Origin: Heptranchias perlo
Lineage: Eukaryota
Length of the DNA: 64,000 nt
Direction of reading: 5' to 3'
Assembly: GCF_035084215.1 (NCBI RefSeq)
Contig: NC_090357.1
Span: forward strand, 868,001 to 932,000
The stretch's first letter is position 1; each line of letters starts with the position of its first letter. The notes beneath the pieces are model-generated. The model was given only the letters and a program-made list of their open reading frames with translations, made no database searches and was not told the DNA's origin. Below are positions 11,656-24,395 of this stretch, in pieces. The translations under genes were made by a program, and so were the position numbers.

Positions 11656-13169
11656 AGTGTCTATGTAACATGAGCCACACTGCTGTTCAAGACTAATGGG
11701 TCCCTTTTAGTGAAATCAGATTGAACACCTCTGGGTCTGATGGGCTGGAGACCCTGAAATGCTGCATCCCACCTTCTCCCCACCCATCCTTTCTCCCCAT
11801 CCCCCCCGACCCCCCTACCCTTCCACCTTCTCACTTTCGCCCCATCCCTCAATCCCCCCTACCCCCATCCCACCTTCTCCTCACTGTCCCCCCCACCCCA
11901 GCCATTCAGTAAGTGAGGGAGGGCTGGGTCCTATAGGGGGGGCTTTTGTATTCCTTTTACTTCACTCTCTCTAACTCTTTCAACTCACTGTAAAGTTAGA
12001 TGCCTCACAGGCACCTGCATCCAGGTCTGATCTCCCCACAGTGACAATATTACGATTTTATGGTCAGTGAAATTTATTACGATTATCTGAATTAAATGAA
12101 ATCCGAGAGTTGTTCGATGCCCGTGCTCATTTAGTGTAACACTGGTCATTTTTTGTACGTGTTTAGTTCTCTGATCCCAGCCCATGTGACCGTGCTGGAC
12201 GTATAACTGAGCTCAGCACTTGGCCTGGGGAGGGGAGGAATCTGCCAGTGTTCCTGCTCGATTACTAACCCCACATTCCTGCTGGAAACTTCATGCATGG
12301 ATATTGGGCTTGTCTGTGACAGTCCCATATTCAAACACCGGACTTGCATTTATATAGTGCCTTTCACCACCTCAGGACGCCCCAAAGCGCCTCACAGGAA
12401 GGCTTTGACTTATTGGGGTCCAGCTCCTCGTGATCTCACCCATGTGGACATTCTCCACGTGTCAGTTAATGATTGTCACAGGCTATTTAACTTGCCAGTG
12501 ATTCGGGTGAGAGGGGAGATCAGGCTAAGCTCAGTCCTGCTGTCGATCAACTCACCCACGGTTTCTCACAACTGTCAATCGGCAAATGATCAGGAGCAGA
12601 AAACTTTCTGATTTTCTTTCCCAGTNNNNNNNNNNNNNNNNNNNNNNNNNNNNNNNNNNNNNNNNNNNNNNNNNNNNNNNNNNNNNNNNNNNNNNNNNNN
12701 NNNNNNNNNNNNNNNNNNNNNNNNNNNNNNNNNNNNNNNNNNNNNNNNNNNNNNNNNNNNNNNNNNNNNNNNNNNNNNNNNNNNNNNNNNNNNNNNNNNN
12801 NNNNNNNNNNNNNNNNNNNNNNNNNNNNNNNNNNNNNNNNNNNNNNNGGAGAGAGAGAGATGGGATAAACAGCATCACAAAAATGCATTTATCCGTTCCA
12901 GAATTGAATGTGACAGAGTGAGTAAGAGGCACAGCAGTGAGTGAAAGGCAGAAAGTGGGCAAGAATGAGTCAGAGCCTGAGAGACATAACAAGAGAGAGG
13001 ATGAGACAAAGAAAGAGATTGTTGGACATTTCTCAGCATGAGTGGAAGTAGGGAGGAGACTCAGAAAACCCCACATCAATACCTGCCCATTAACTCAAGG
13101 CCATGCCTCCAAACTAATTGTGTTTTCTTCTAATTTAAGACACAAAACAGAGGGACAAGAAAAATCAAA

Positions 13170-13227
13170 ATGAAGATTCAAGTGGTCGCTCTGACTGTTC
13201 TGATTGCCTTCATCGCAGTGCTGACTG
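13170..13227 (+). CDS. Small apolipoprotein (ApoA-II/ApoC-III-like) exon 2: signal peptide MKIQVVALTVLIAFIAVLT
   Basis: Acceptor ttcttctaatttaag before 13140, ATG 13170, hydrophobic signal peptide, phase-1 donor G|gtatgt. Confidence 0.85.
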
Positions 13228-13835
13228 GTATGTAAAAAATACTGCATCGCATTATTTTCTTGCGGAGTTAATTTTGTTCCGAAGGAAAGTGCTGGCAACA
13301 CCAGGGAATGAAATATTCTCCACTTTTTACATCCAGTGTCAGCCCTGAGCATTACCAGGTCACACACGGTTCAGTTTAGTTGTAAACTTCGACACTGTCC
13401 CATCAAACACTCTCAGGGCAGGTACAGGGTTGGATACAGAGTAAAGTTGAAGTTAGATGAGACTCCTATCACACACCCTCCGGTCAGTATTAACACCACG
13501 GGGCCGATCTGGACCTTGCCCAGTGGGAACGGTTAGATTGCTCTGCTCTCGCCCGCCCACATTTTATCTTCACCGACTTTGAAGTCGGCTGAGCCGCCTG
13601 TTCGAGGCAGGGGCCTGATTTCAATCTGAAAGCCGCAGCCCAGTAACAGCAATCAGGAGCCGGACAGATTGCACCAGCCTCAGCCCCTGAGCCTGACCCT
13701 GTCCCCTGTTAAAATCATTGAATCAGGGTCTGATCCTTCTATTGACGCACTCAGTTTACAAAGTCGCGTTTTGGTGGAAATCCTTTCCCGGACACTCGCT
13801 TCTAAACTTGTGTCCTTTCTGTCGCTATTTTTCAG

Positions 13836-13977
13836 CCTCCGAGGCAGTCCCAGTGGAGGAAACCAGTGTCGTGACCCAGGGCTTCCGCACTGCTCAGGAA
13901 TATGTAGCGGATCTCGCAACTCAGGGCAAAGCTCTCATGGATCGGATACAAATTCCTGATCTGATGCAAAAGACCGG
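13836..13977 (+). CDS. Small apolipoprotein exon 3: (A)SEAVPVEETSVVTQGFRTAQEYVADLATQGKALMDRIQIPDLMQKT
   Basis: tttttcag acceptor, GG|gtgagt donor, phase 1 to 2; amphipathic-helix pattern; resembles ApoA-II SLVSQYFQTVTDY / GKDLMEKVKSPEL. Confidence 0.88.
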
Positions 13978-14143
13978 GTGAGTAACCACCACATTCGAGT
14001 GGATGTTTTTCGAGTGTAATTATTAATAAAAGTTGGGGTGGAAACTGCATGTGAAGCTCGAGCATTGGGGAACGGAAATCTTCATTTGTACATAAATTAT
14101 TTTTTAGAAAATTCTATGCTGCCCTAGCGATAGCTAATAATGG

Positions 14144-15607
14144 GTCAGATACAGAGTAAAGCTCCCTCTACACTGTCCCATCAAACACTCCCAGGGCAGG
14201 TACAGGGTTAGATACAGAGTAAAGCTCCCTCTACACTGTCCCATCAAACACTCCCAGGGCAGGTACAGCACGGGTTAGATACAGAGTAAAGCTCCCTCTA
14301 CACTGTCCCATCAAACACTCCCAGGGCAGGTACAGGGTTAGATACAGAGTAAAGCTCCCTCTACACTGTCCCATCAAACACTCCCAGGGCAGGTACAGCA
14401 CGGGTTAGATACAGAGTAAAGCTCCCTCTACACTGTCCCATCAAACACTCCCAGGGCAGGTACAGCACGGGTTAGATATAGAGTAAAGCTCCCTCTACAC
14501 TGTCCCATCAAACACTCCCAGGGCAGGTACAGCACGGGTTAGATACAGAGTAAAGCTCCCTCTACACTGTCCCATCAAACACTCCCAGGGCAGGTACAGG
14601 GTTAGATACAGAGTAAAGCTCCCTCTACACTGTCCCATCAAACACTCCCAGGGCAGGTACAGCACGGGTTAGATACAGAGTAAAGCTCCCTCTACACTGT
14701 CCCATCAAACACTCCCAGGGCAGGTACAGGGTTAGATACAGAGTAAAGCTCCCTCTACACTGTCCCATCAAACAATCCCAGGGCAGGCACAGGGTTAGAT
14801 ACAGAGCAAAGCTCCCTCTACACTGTCCCATCAAACACTCCCAGGGCAGGTACAGGGTTAGATACAGAGTAAAGCTCCCTCTACACTGTCCCATCAAACA
14901 ATCCCAGGGCAAGTACAGGGTTAGATACAGAGTAAAGCTCCCTCCACACTGTCCCATCAAACACTCCCAGGGCAGGTACAGCACGGGTTAGATACAGAGT
15001 AAAGCTCCCTCTACACTGTCCCATCAAACAATCCCAGGGCAGGCACAGGGTTAGATACAGAGCAAAGCTCCCTCTACACTGTCCCATCAAACACTCCCAG
15101 GGCAGGTACAGGGTTAGATACAGAGTAAAGCTCCCTCTACACTGTCCCATCAAACAATCCCAGGGCAAGTACAGGGTTAGATACAGAGTAAAGCTCCCTC
15201 CACACTGTCCCATCAAACACTCCCAGGGCAGGTACAGCACGGGTTAGATACAGAGTAAAGCTCCCTCTACACTGTCCCATCAAACAATCCCAGGGCAGGC
15301 ACAGGGTTAGATACAGAGCAAAGCTCCCTCTACACTGTCCCATCAAACACTCCCAGGGCAGGTACAGGGTTAGATACAGAGTAAAGCTCCCTCTACACTG
15401 TCCCATCAAACACTCCCAGGGCAAGTACAGGGTTAGATACAGAGTAAAGCTCCCTCTACACTGTCCCATCAAACACTCCCAGGGCAAGTACAGGGTTAGA
15501 TACAGAGTAAAGCTCCCTCTACACTGTCCCATCAAACACTCCCAGGGCAGGTACAGCACGGGTTAGATACAGAGTAAAGCTCCCTCTACACTGTCCCATC
15601 AAACACT
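14144..15607 (+). repeat. 63/67-bp minisatellite array in apolipoprotein intron 3
   Basis: Unit gggttagatacagagtaaagctccctctacactgtcccatcaaacactcccagggcaggtaca, with a 4-bp longer variant; about 23 copies. Confidence 0.95.
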
Positions 15608-15635
15608 GTACTAACAACTGCCTCTTGTTTCTCAG

Positions 15636-15720
15636 GGAATTAATTGGAAATGTGCCTGAGTACTTGCAGCAGGTGAGGCAACGTGTGACTGCTGCCTGGA
15701 CCGAAATTACTTCGCCATAA
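15636..15720 (+). CDS. Small apolipoprotein exon 4: (G)ELIGNVPEYLQQVRQRVTAAWTEITSP*
   Basis: Branch-like ctaac then cttgtttctcag acceptor, phase 2 matches exon 3, stop at 15718-15720, AATAAA signals at about 15719, 15736 and 15799. Confidence 0.85.
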
Positions 15721-16159
15721 TAAATTGGGCTTTGCAATAAAAGAACTGTGATTTTTGATTAATTGTGTTCTTTGTGAGATTTGTGTCACACCAAAGAAAA
15801 ATAAATTAAACTTAAATTTCCATGGTTTTTGGGATTTCAAAGCAGCAGTCATCATGTACAGGGGTCTCAGCTGTCAATTCCGTAGATCGCCATAGTTCCC
15901 TACTTTTTGAGGATAGTTCTTACCTCCTTGGAAAGAGTGGCCAATATCCAATATGGGGCTCGAATGGGCAGGTCAGCAAGTGCTTTTTTTGCCTACCTGT
16001 GTGCTATTTATTGCCGGTCTCCTATTTCTTGGTCTTGGTTCGTAATTGAAATGTAAATGGACGGGCCCATAAGCTCTGAACATGTTCACCAAAAGCAAAC
16101 ACAGAGCTAAATCAGTCCCAATGGATTGGAATGGTTGATTCACCTCACTGGGGAAAAAG

Positions 16160-18330
16160 TCTGTGGGCTGTGTTCGGACAGGAGTAGAGCTCCAGGAGGG
16201 AGCTTCATTAAGAGGCATGACGGTGGATAGGCAATGGCTAACATTTAAGGAATGAATGCATGAATTGCAAGTTATACATTCCTTTCTGGCGCAAAAACAC
16301 AAAAGGAAAAGTGGCCCAACCATGGCTAACAAAAAAAATTAACGATAGTATTAGATCCAAAGTTGCCAGAAAAAGTAGCAAACCTGAGGATTGGGGGCAG
16401 TATAGAATTCAGCAAAAAAGAACCAAGAGATTGATTAAGAAGGAAAAAATAGTGTATGAGAGTAAACTTGCAAGGAACATAAAAGCAGACTGTAAAAACT
16501 TCTACAAATATGTAAAAAGAAAAAGATTAGTGAAGACAAATATAGGTCCCTTACAGTCAGAAATGGGAGAATTTATAATGGGGAACAGGGAAATGGCAGA
16601 GCAATTAAACAAATACTTTGGTTCTCTCTTCACGGAAGAGGACACAAATATCTCCCCAGAAATGCCAGGGAACCAAGGGACTAGTGAGAAGGAGGAATTA
16701 AAGAAAATTCGTATTAGTAAAAAAATAGTGCTGGAGAAATTAATGGGACTGAAAGTCGATAAATCCCCAGGGCCTGATAATCTGCAACCCAGAGTTCTGA
16801 AAGAGGTAGCCGTGGAAATAGTGGATGCATTAGTTGTCATCTTCCAAAATTCTATAGATTATGGAACAGTTCCTGCAGATTGGAGGGTAGCAAATGTAAC
16901 CTCACTATTTAAAAAAGGAGGGAGAGAGAAAACAGGGAACTACAGACCAGTTAGCCTAACATCAGTAGTAGTGAAAATGCTAGAGTCTATTATAAAGGAT
17001 GTGATAACAGGACATTTAGAAAATATCAACGGGATTGGACAAAGTCAACATGGATTTATGAAAGGGAAATCGTGTTTGACAAACCTACTGGAGTTTTTTG
17101 AGGATGTAACTGGTAGAATAGATAAGGGAGAACCAGTGGATGTGGTGTATTTGGATTTTCAGAAGGCCTTTGATGAAGTCCCACATAAGAGGTTAGTGTG
17201 CAAAATTAAAGCACATGGGATTGGTGGTAATATACTGGCTTGGATTGAAAATTGGTTAACAGACAGGAAACAGAGAGTAGGAATAAATGGGTCTTTTTCT
17301 GGGTGGCAGGCAGTGACTAGTGGGGTACCGCAGGGATCAGTGCTTGGGCCCCAGCTATTCACAATATATATCAATGGTTTGGATGAGGGAACCAAATGTA
17401 ACATTTCCAAGTTTGCTGATGACACAAAACTGGGTGGGATTGTGAATTGTGAGGGAGGATGCAAAGAGGTTTCAAGGCGATTTAGACAAGTTCAGTGAGT
17501 GGGCAAATACACGGCAGATGCAGCATAATGTGGATAAATATGAAGTTATCCACTTCGGAAGGAAAAACAGAAACAGTATTATTTAAATGGTGATAGATTG
17601 GGAAATGTTGATGTACAAAGGGACCTGGGTACACCAGTCACTGAAAGCAAATATGCAGGTGCAGCAAGCAGTTAGGAAGGCGAATGGTATGTTGGCCTTC
17701 ATTGCAAGAGGATTTGAGTATAGGAGCAAGGATGTCTTACTGCAGTTATACAGGGCCTTGGTGAGACCACACCTGGAGTATTGTGTGCAGTTTTGGTCTC
17801 CTTACCTAGGAAAGGATATACTTGCCATGGAGGGAGAGCAGCGAAGGTTCACCAGACTGATCCCTGGGATGGCAGGACTGTCGTATGAGGAGAGATTGGG
17901 TCGACTCGGCCTGTATTCACTCGAGTTTAGAAGAATGAGAGGGGATCTCATTGAAACATTTAAATTCTGACAGGGCTAGACAGACTGGATGCAGGGAGGA
18001 TTTTTCCCCTGGCTGGGGGTGTCCAGAACGAGGGGTCACAGTCTCAGGATACGGGGTAGGACATTTAGGACTGAGATGAGGAGAAATTTCTTCACTCGGA
18101 GGGTGGTGAACCTGTGGAATTCTCTACGACAGAAGGCTGTGGAGGCCAAGTCACTGAATATATTTAAGAAAGAGATAGATTTCTAGACACAAAAGGCATC
18201 AAGGAGTATGGGGAGAGAGCAGGAATATGGTATTGAGATAGAGGATCAACCATGATCATATTGAATGGCGAGCAGGCTCGAAGGGCTGAATGGCCGACTC
18301 CTGCTCCTATTTTCTAGATTTCTATGTTTC
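16160..18330 (+). mobile_element. CR1 LINE, 5'-truncated ORF2 (RT) and 3' UTR
   Basis: ORF 16260..17498 has KSPGPD, NYRPVSLTS, QHGF, DFQKAFD, GVPQGSVLGP, FADDTKL; later frameshifts. Confidence 0.95.
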
Positions 18331-18559
18331 TCCTGATGGGTGAAAGAACTAGCCAGCGCAGTGCCAAGTTACACAGACCGGAAGGTCCCAGGTTTGGTAA
18401 GGAGGAACAGAAAGTCAGGCAGTAGTCCTGCTGACATGTGGCGGGGTATTGCTAATACTTTTTAAGTTAATAACTTAGACTAGATAAATTAATTTTAAAA
18501 ATAACTAAAAATGAACCAAGTGAATTAATTGCATAAAAATTTTAATTAAGTAAATAAAT

Positions 18560-21500
18560 AAAACAAGGTTAGATAGTGGCAGTAGGGCAGGTTGTGGTGT
18601 AACTGCAGCATGTAGGAATTTATGGAGAGCAGTGAGATCCCAGGCAACGACATCTGCAGTTAAGTGTCTGCAACTTGAGGAACTTCAGCTCAGAGTTGCT
18701 CAGCAGGAGTCCGAGCTGCAGACATTGCAATCCATCAGGGAGGGGAGAGTTACCTGGACACATTGACAGTGGTCAGGGACAGGAGGGTGTGACTGCGAGT
18801 CAAGCAGGTAAAGGGACCCCAGATGCAGTGGTGGAGGAGCAACAGGTACGAGGTATTTACTACATGTATGGATGAAAACAAAGACTGCAGGGAGGATGGG
18901 CAAATTGACCACACCATCGTGGGGCCATTCAAGCGGGGGGAATGAAAAGGAATGTGGTAGTGGTAGGGGATAGTATAGTCAGGTGGATAGATACTGTTCT
19001 CTGCAGCCGCAACTGGGGGTCCCGAAGGCTGTGTTGCCTGCCCAGTGCCAGGGTTAAGGACATCTCCTTGCAGCTGGAGAAGAACTTGAAGCAGGACGGG
19101 GAGGATCCAGTTGTCATGGTCCACGTAGGAATCAACAGCACAGGTAGAACTAGGAATGAGGTTTTGCCGAGGAAGTTTGAGGAGCTAGGGTCCAAATTAA
19201 AAAGCAGAGCCACATGCAAAATGGCACAGGGACAAACAGCTTAGAGAGATAAATGCATGGCTGAAAGAGTGGTGTGGGAAGCAGGGGTTTCAATTCTCGG
19301 GGCACTTGCACCAGTTCTGGGGAAAGATGGAGCTGTTCTGTTGGGACGGGCTCCACTTAAACCGGGCTCGGACCAGTGTCCTGGCGAATTGAATAACTAG
19401 GGCGGCAGATAGGGCTTTAAACTAATGGCCGGGGAGGGGGGTGGTGGGGAGGGAGGGAGGGTCCAGGTAAGGATAAATTTATCAGTCTAAAGAGAAAAGT
19501 CACGGTTTTAGAGCAGAGAAATGATTTGGGTAAAAACAAGCAGTGTGTCAGGAAACATAGAAAATAGGAGCAGGAGTAGGCCATTCAGCCCTTCGAGCCT
19601 GCTCCGCCATTCAATATGATCATGGCTGATCCTCTATCTCAATACCATATTCCCGCTCTCTCCCCATACACCTTGAAGGGACAGAGACTTTATCAAAGGT
19701 AATAGGGCATTAGTGACTAAGGTCACATCAGGGAAAAATAGTAAAAAGTTAAAATTAAAGGTGCTATATCTGAATGCATGAAGCATTCGTAACAAGATAG
19801 ATGAATTAATGGCACAAATAGAGATAAATGGGTTTGATCTAGTAGCCATTACTGAGACGTAGTTTCAGGGTGAGCAAGGTTGGGAACTAAATATTCCACG
19901 ATACTTGACTTTTAGAAAAGATAGGCAAAATGGAAAAGGTGGGGTGGGGGCGGAGGGGAGGGGTATCCCTGATAATAAAGGATGAGATAAGGGCAGGAGT
20001 GAGACAGGATCTTAGCTCAGAAAATCAGGATGTAGAATCAGTCTGGGTGGAGCTAAGAAATAACAAGGGACAGAAAACACTGGATGCATTGGTTTTGATC
20101 TCCCAGAACCGAGATGAGGAGAAATTTCTTCACTCAGAGGGTGGTGAACCTGTGGAATTCTCTACCACAGAAGGCAGTGGAGGCCAAGTCATTAGATGTA
20201 TTCAAGAAGGAGATAGATATATTTCTTAATGCTAAAGGGATCAAGGGATAGGGGAAAAAGCGGGAACAGGATACTGAGTTAGACAATCAGCCATGATCAT
20301 TTTGAATGGCGGAGCAGGCTCAAAGGGCCGAATGGCCTACTCTTGCTCCTATTTTCTATGTTTCTAGAATTCCCTAGATTCTAGAAGTCCCCGTGGATTG
20401 GAAGGTTGCAAATATAACCTCACTATTCAAGAAAGGAGGGAGAGAGAAAATAGGGAACTACAGGCCAGTTAGCCTGACATCAGTAGTAGGGTAAATGCTA
20501 GAATCTATTATTAAGGACGTGGTAACAGGGAACTTAGAAAATCATAATATGATTAGGCAGAGTCAACATGGTTTTATGAAAAGGAAATTGTGTTTGACAA
20601 AGCTATTAGTGTTTTTTGAGGATGTAACTAGCAGGGTAGATAAGGGAGAACCAGTGGAAGTAGTATATTTGGATTTTCAAAAGGCATTCGATAAGGTACC
20701 ACAAAAAAAGGTTGTTACACAAGATTAGGGCTCATGGGGTTGGGGGTAATATATTAGCATGGATAGAGGATTGGTTAACAGACAGAAAACAGAGTAGGGA
20801 TAAACGGGTCATTTTCAGGATGACAGGCTGTAACTAGTGGGGTGCCGTAAGGATCAGTGCTTGGGCCTCAGCTATTTACAATCTATATTCATGACTTGGA
20901 TCAAGGGACCGAGTGTAATGTATCCAAGTTGGCTGACGATACAAAGCTAGGTGGGAAAGTAAGCTGTGAGGAGTTCACAAAGAGTCTGCAGAGGTATATA
21001 GACAGTGAGTGGGCAAGAAGGTGGCAGATGGAGTATAATGTGGGGAAATGTGAAATTATTCGCTTTGGTAGGAAGAATAGAAAAGCAGAATATTTTTTAA
21101 AAGGTGAGAGACTAAGAAATATTGGTATTCAGAGGGATTTGGGTGTCCTTGTACATGAATCACAGAAAGTTAACATGCAGGTACAGTAAGCAATTAGGAA
21201 GGCAAATGGTATGTTAGCCTTTATTGCAAGGGGTTTGGAGTACAAGAGTAAGGAAGTCTTGCTGCAATTGTACAGGGCTTTGGTGAGACCACACGTGGAG
21301 TACTGTGTATAGTTTTGGTCTCCTTATCTAAGGAAGGATATACTTGTCTTAGAGGCGGTGCAACGAAGGTTCACTAGATTAATTCCTGGGATGAGAGGGT
21401 TGTCCTGTGAGGAGAGATTGAGTAGAATGGGCCTATACTCTCTGGAGTTTAGAAGAATGAGAGGTGATCTCATTGAAATGTATAAAATCCTTAGAGGGCT

Positions 21501-21845
21501 TGACAGGGTAGATTCTGAGAGGCTGTTTCCCCTGGCTGGAGAATCTAGAACTAGAGGGTATAGTCTCAGGATAAGGGGTCAGCCATTTAGGACTGAGATG
21601 GGGAAAAATTTCTTCGCTCAGGGGGTTGTGAATCTTTGGAATTCTCAACCCCAGAGGACTGTGGATGCTGAGTCGTTGAGTATATTCAAGACTGAGATGG
21701 ATAGATTTTTGGACACTAGGGGAATCAAGGGATATAGGGATAGGGCGGGAAAGTGGAGTTGAGGTCAAAGATCAGTCATCATCTGATTGAATGGCGGAGC
21801 AGGCTCGAGGGGCCGAATGGCCTACTCCTGCTCCTATTTCTTATG
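18560..21845 (+). mobile_element. Degenerate near-full-length CR1 LINE: ORF1 (SGNH esterase-like), endonuclease start, RT, with internal deletion and nested fragments
   Basis: VVVGDSIVR..CCLPSARVKDI..VHVGIN (ORF 18942..19244); endonuclease-like start at about 19760; RT ORFs 20495-21762; CR1 3' pieces inserted at about 19553-19672 and 20108-20367. Confidence 0.85.
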
Positions 21846-22289
21846 GTATTGGTTCTACTGGCACAAGCTTTCACCCATTGAGCCGGTCAATTAGTGTCAA
21901 CAAGCTGTTTGATTGTGGATGGCATTAGAATGGAGACTGATTCTGCCCTCAGCCAACATCCACACACATGTAGCTCCCAGCAGAGGTCCTGGATCGTGAT
22001 CAAGAACGGGGCCCTGGCTGATTTTCTAGCCCAGAGGCGCGATGGCTAGGTGTAGCACCAGTACTGTCATGGATGAGACCAGCTAACTCCACACAGAGCA
22101 GAAACTGAACGTCCTTTATAATTTAATGCAATAGCATCTTCGCAGCACATGAACTAACGGATATAATGGGTACCAGTTTCACGCAGTAAGATTTCAACAG
22201 CACAAATGAATTTTCTTCAGTGCCTGATCTTAGTGTTTTTTTTATTTATAAACCAGTAACAGCAGCTTGCATATTATTTATGCGAAAGC

Positions 22290-22482
22290 AGGACTTGGTG
22301 CGAGTTAGGATACGGGCTGCAGAGCTTTAGCTAGCAGAAGTTTACGGAGGGTGGAAGTTGGGAGTTCGGCCAGGACAGCGTTGGAATAATCAAGTCTAGA
22401 AGTGACAAAGGCATTGATGAGGGTTTCAGTGGCAGATGGGCTTGCGGTAGGGGTGGAGACGGGCGATGTTATGGTGGTGGAA
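22290..22482 (-). mobile_element. Old L2-like LINE RT fragment
   Basis: Minus strand reads approximately ETLINAFVTSRLDYSNA, typical of L2-clade RT C-terminal region. Confidence 0.6.
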
Positions 22483-22704
22483 GCACTATTTTTATTTAAT
22501 TGATGAATCCATTCTCTGTAAGTATTAATCCTCTACATCATAGAGTCATCGGCAGCTTACTGTTAGTCACCACCTCACAAACTCCCACCAACTATATCAT
22601 AACTTCAACCCCATAAAATCAACTGCATGAAAAAAAAATTCCCTGAACAGATCACAAGGCAACAATCGAAACGACTTTTGTTCCCACAGTTGATGTCTTC
22701 CAAT

Positions 22705-23382
22705 TCGATTAGATTCCAGCCTGTAACTCACTCCATGGTATCTGTTATTCTATATATAAACCCCCCAAACCCCTCGATTAGATTCCAGCCTGTAACTCAC
22801 TCCCGGGTATCTGTTATTCTATATATAAACCCCCCGAACCCCTCGATTAGATTCCAGCCTGTAACTCACTCCCGGGTATCTGTTATTCTATATATAAACC
22901 CCCCCGAACCCCTCGATTAGATTCCAGCCTGTAACTCACTCCATGGTATCTGTTATTCTATATATAAACCGCCCGAACCCCTCGATTAGATTCCAGCCTG
23001 TAACTCACTCCCGGGTATCTGTTATTCTATATATAAACCCCCCGAACCCCTCGATTAGATTCCAGCCTGTAACTCACTCCATGGTATCTGTTATTCTATA
23101 TATAAATCCCCCGGACCCCTCGATTAGATTCCAGCCTGTAACTCACTCCCGGGTATGTTATTCTATATATATAAACCCCCCCCGAACCCCTCGATTAGAT
23201 TCCAGCCTGTAACTCACTCCCGGGTATGTTATTCTATATATATAAACCCCCCCCCCGAACCCCTCGATTAGATTCCAGCCTGTAACTCACTCCCGGGTAT
23301 CTGTTGTTCTATATATAAACCCCCGAACCCCTTGATTAGATTCCAGCCTGTAACTCGTAACTCACTCCTGGGTATCTGTTAT
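22705..23382. repeat. 69-bp minisatellite, about 10 copies
   Basis: Unit tcgattagattccagcctgtaactcactcccgggtatctgttattctatatataaaccccccgaacccc. Confidence 0.95.
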
Positions 23383-24395
23383 CACATATTCTATTTATAA
23401 ATCATTTGAAACACTTGATTAGATTTTAGCACGTCATTTGCAGTTATCAATTAATCTATGCAAACGTCAAATTAGTCATAAAATTGCAGACACTGGCCTA
23501 GATTCTCCAATTGTAGCACTGATATTAACCCATTCAATGTAAATGGTTACCGTCTGCATTACAATCACAAAATCGAGGTCACTATCTTAATATTTTTAGG
23601 AAACAGTTTTTTGTTAGAACTTTGTAGATGATTCACACCCGCAGTGTCTTTGATTCCTGGTCCTCAGGAGCGAAGACTAATGGGTCTAGAATTTCTGACA
23701 ATCAAGCAAGTTATGGCCAAGCCCTGACATACAAACGACTTCTTCACCGGGTGACTCAATTTGAAGCTGAAAGACTTACAGTATCCAAGAATGGGCCTTT
23801 CAGAGTTCTTCTAAATACCTGAAGTATTTTTGAAATCTTTAATGGTGGGGGTGCAGGAATTGTCAGGCGGTCGGGGATGGAACAGTCCCATAGACGTTGC
23901 CATTGCAAGTGCACACTGATGCCATTCTTACTATGGAACACTTTCCTGACATGGACATCTTTGCAAGATGCAGGAGAAGGGTTGCCCAAAAAACTTTATG
24001 GAGTGAGAAAGTTCTTTGAGAAGTGGACACTTTTATCAGCTAGGCTGACATTCCATTGAAGGACTGAGGGAGTGATGTATTGTTGCAAGTCCTGTCTTTT
24101 ATATTAAAATGAAGTAGGGTCTCCCTGTGGAGGTGCAAACTCGTGATCCCATGGTGCGGAAGAGCAGGGCAGTCTCCCGGTGTCCTGGCCAACATTTCTC
24201 CCTCAGCCATCACCGCCGAAGCACAGATTGATATCTCCTTGCTGTTTGGGGGAACCTCACAGGGTAGAATAGCTACCGTGTTTGCCTGACACAGCAGTCA
24301 GTCCAAATAAGTAACTGAACTTGGGCTTTGTGTTTAAATGGTGTGATAAGGAAAACAAATGTTTTTTTCCTTTGATGTGATTGGCTGGAAAATCT

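Noticed and set aside
14144-15607. CRISPR-like regular repeats (also 22705-23382, 40723-41143)
   Set aside because: Head-to-tail units without unique spacers, vertebrate DNA, no cas genes
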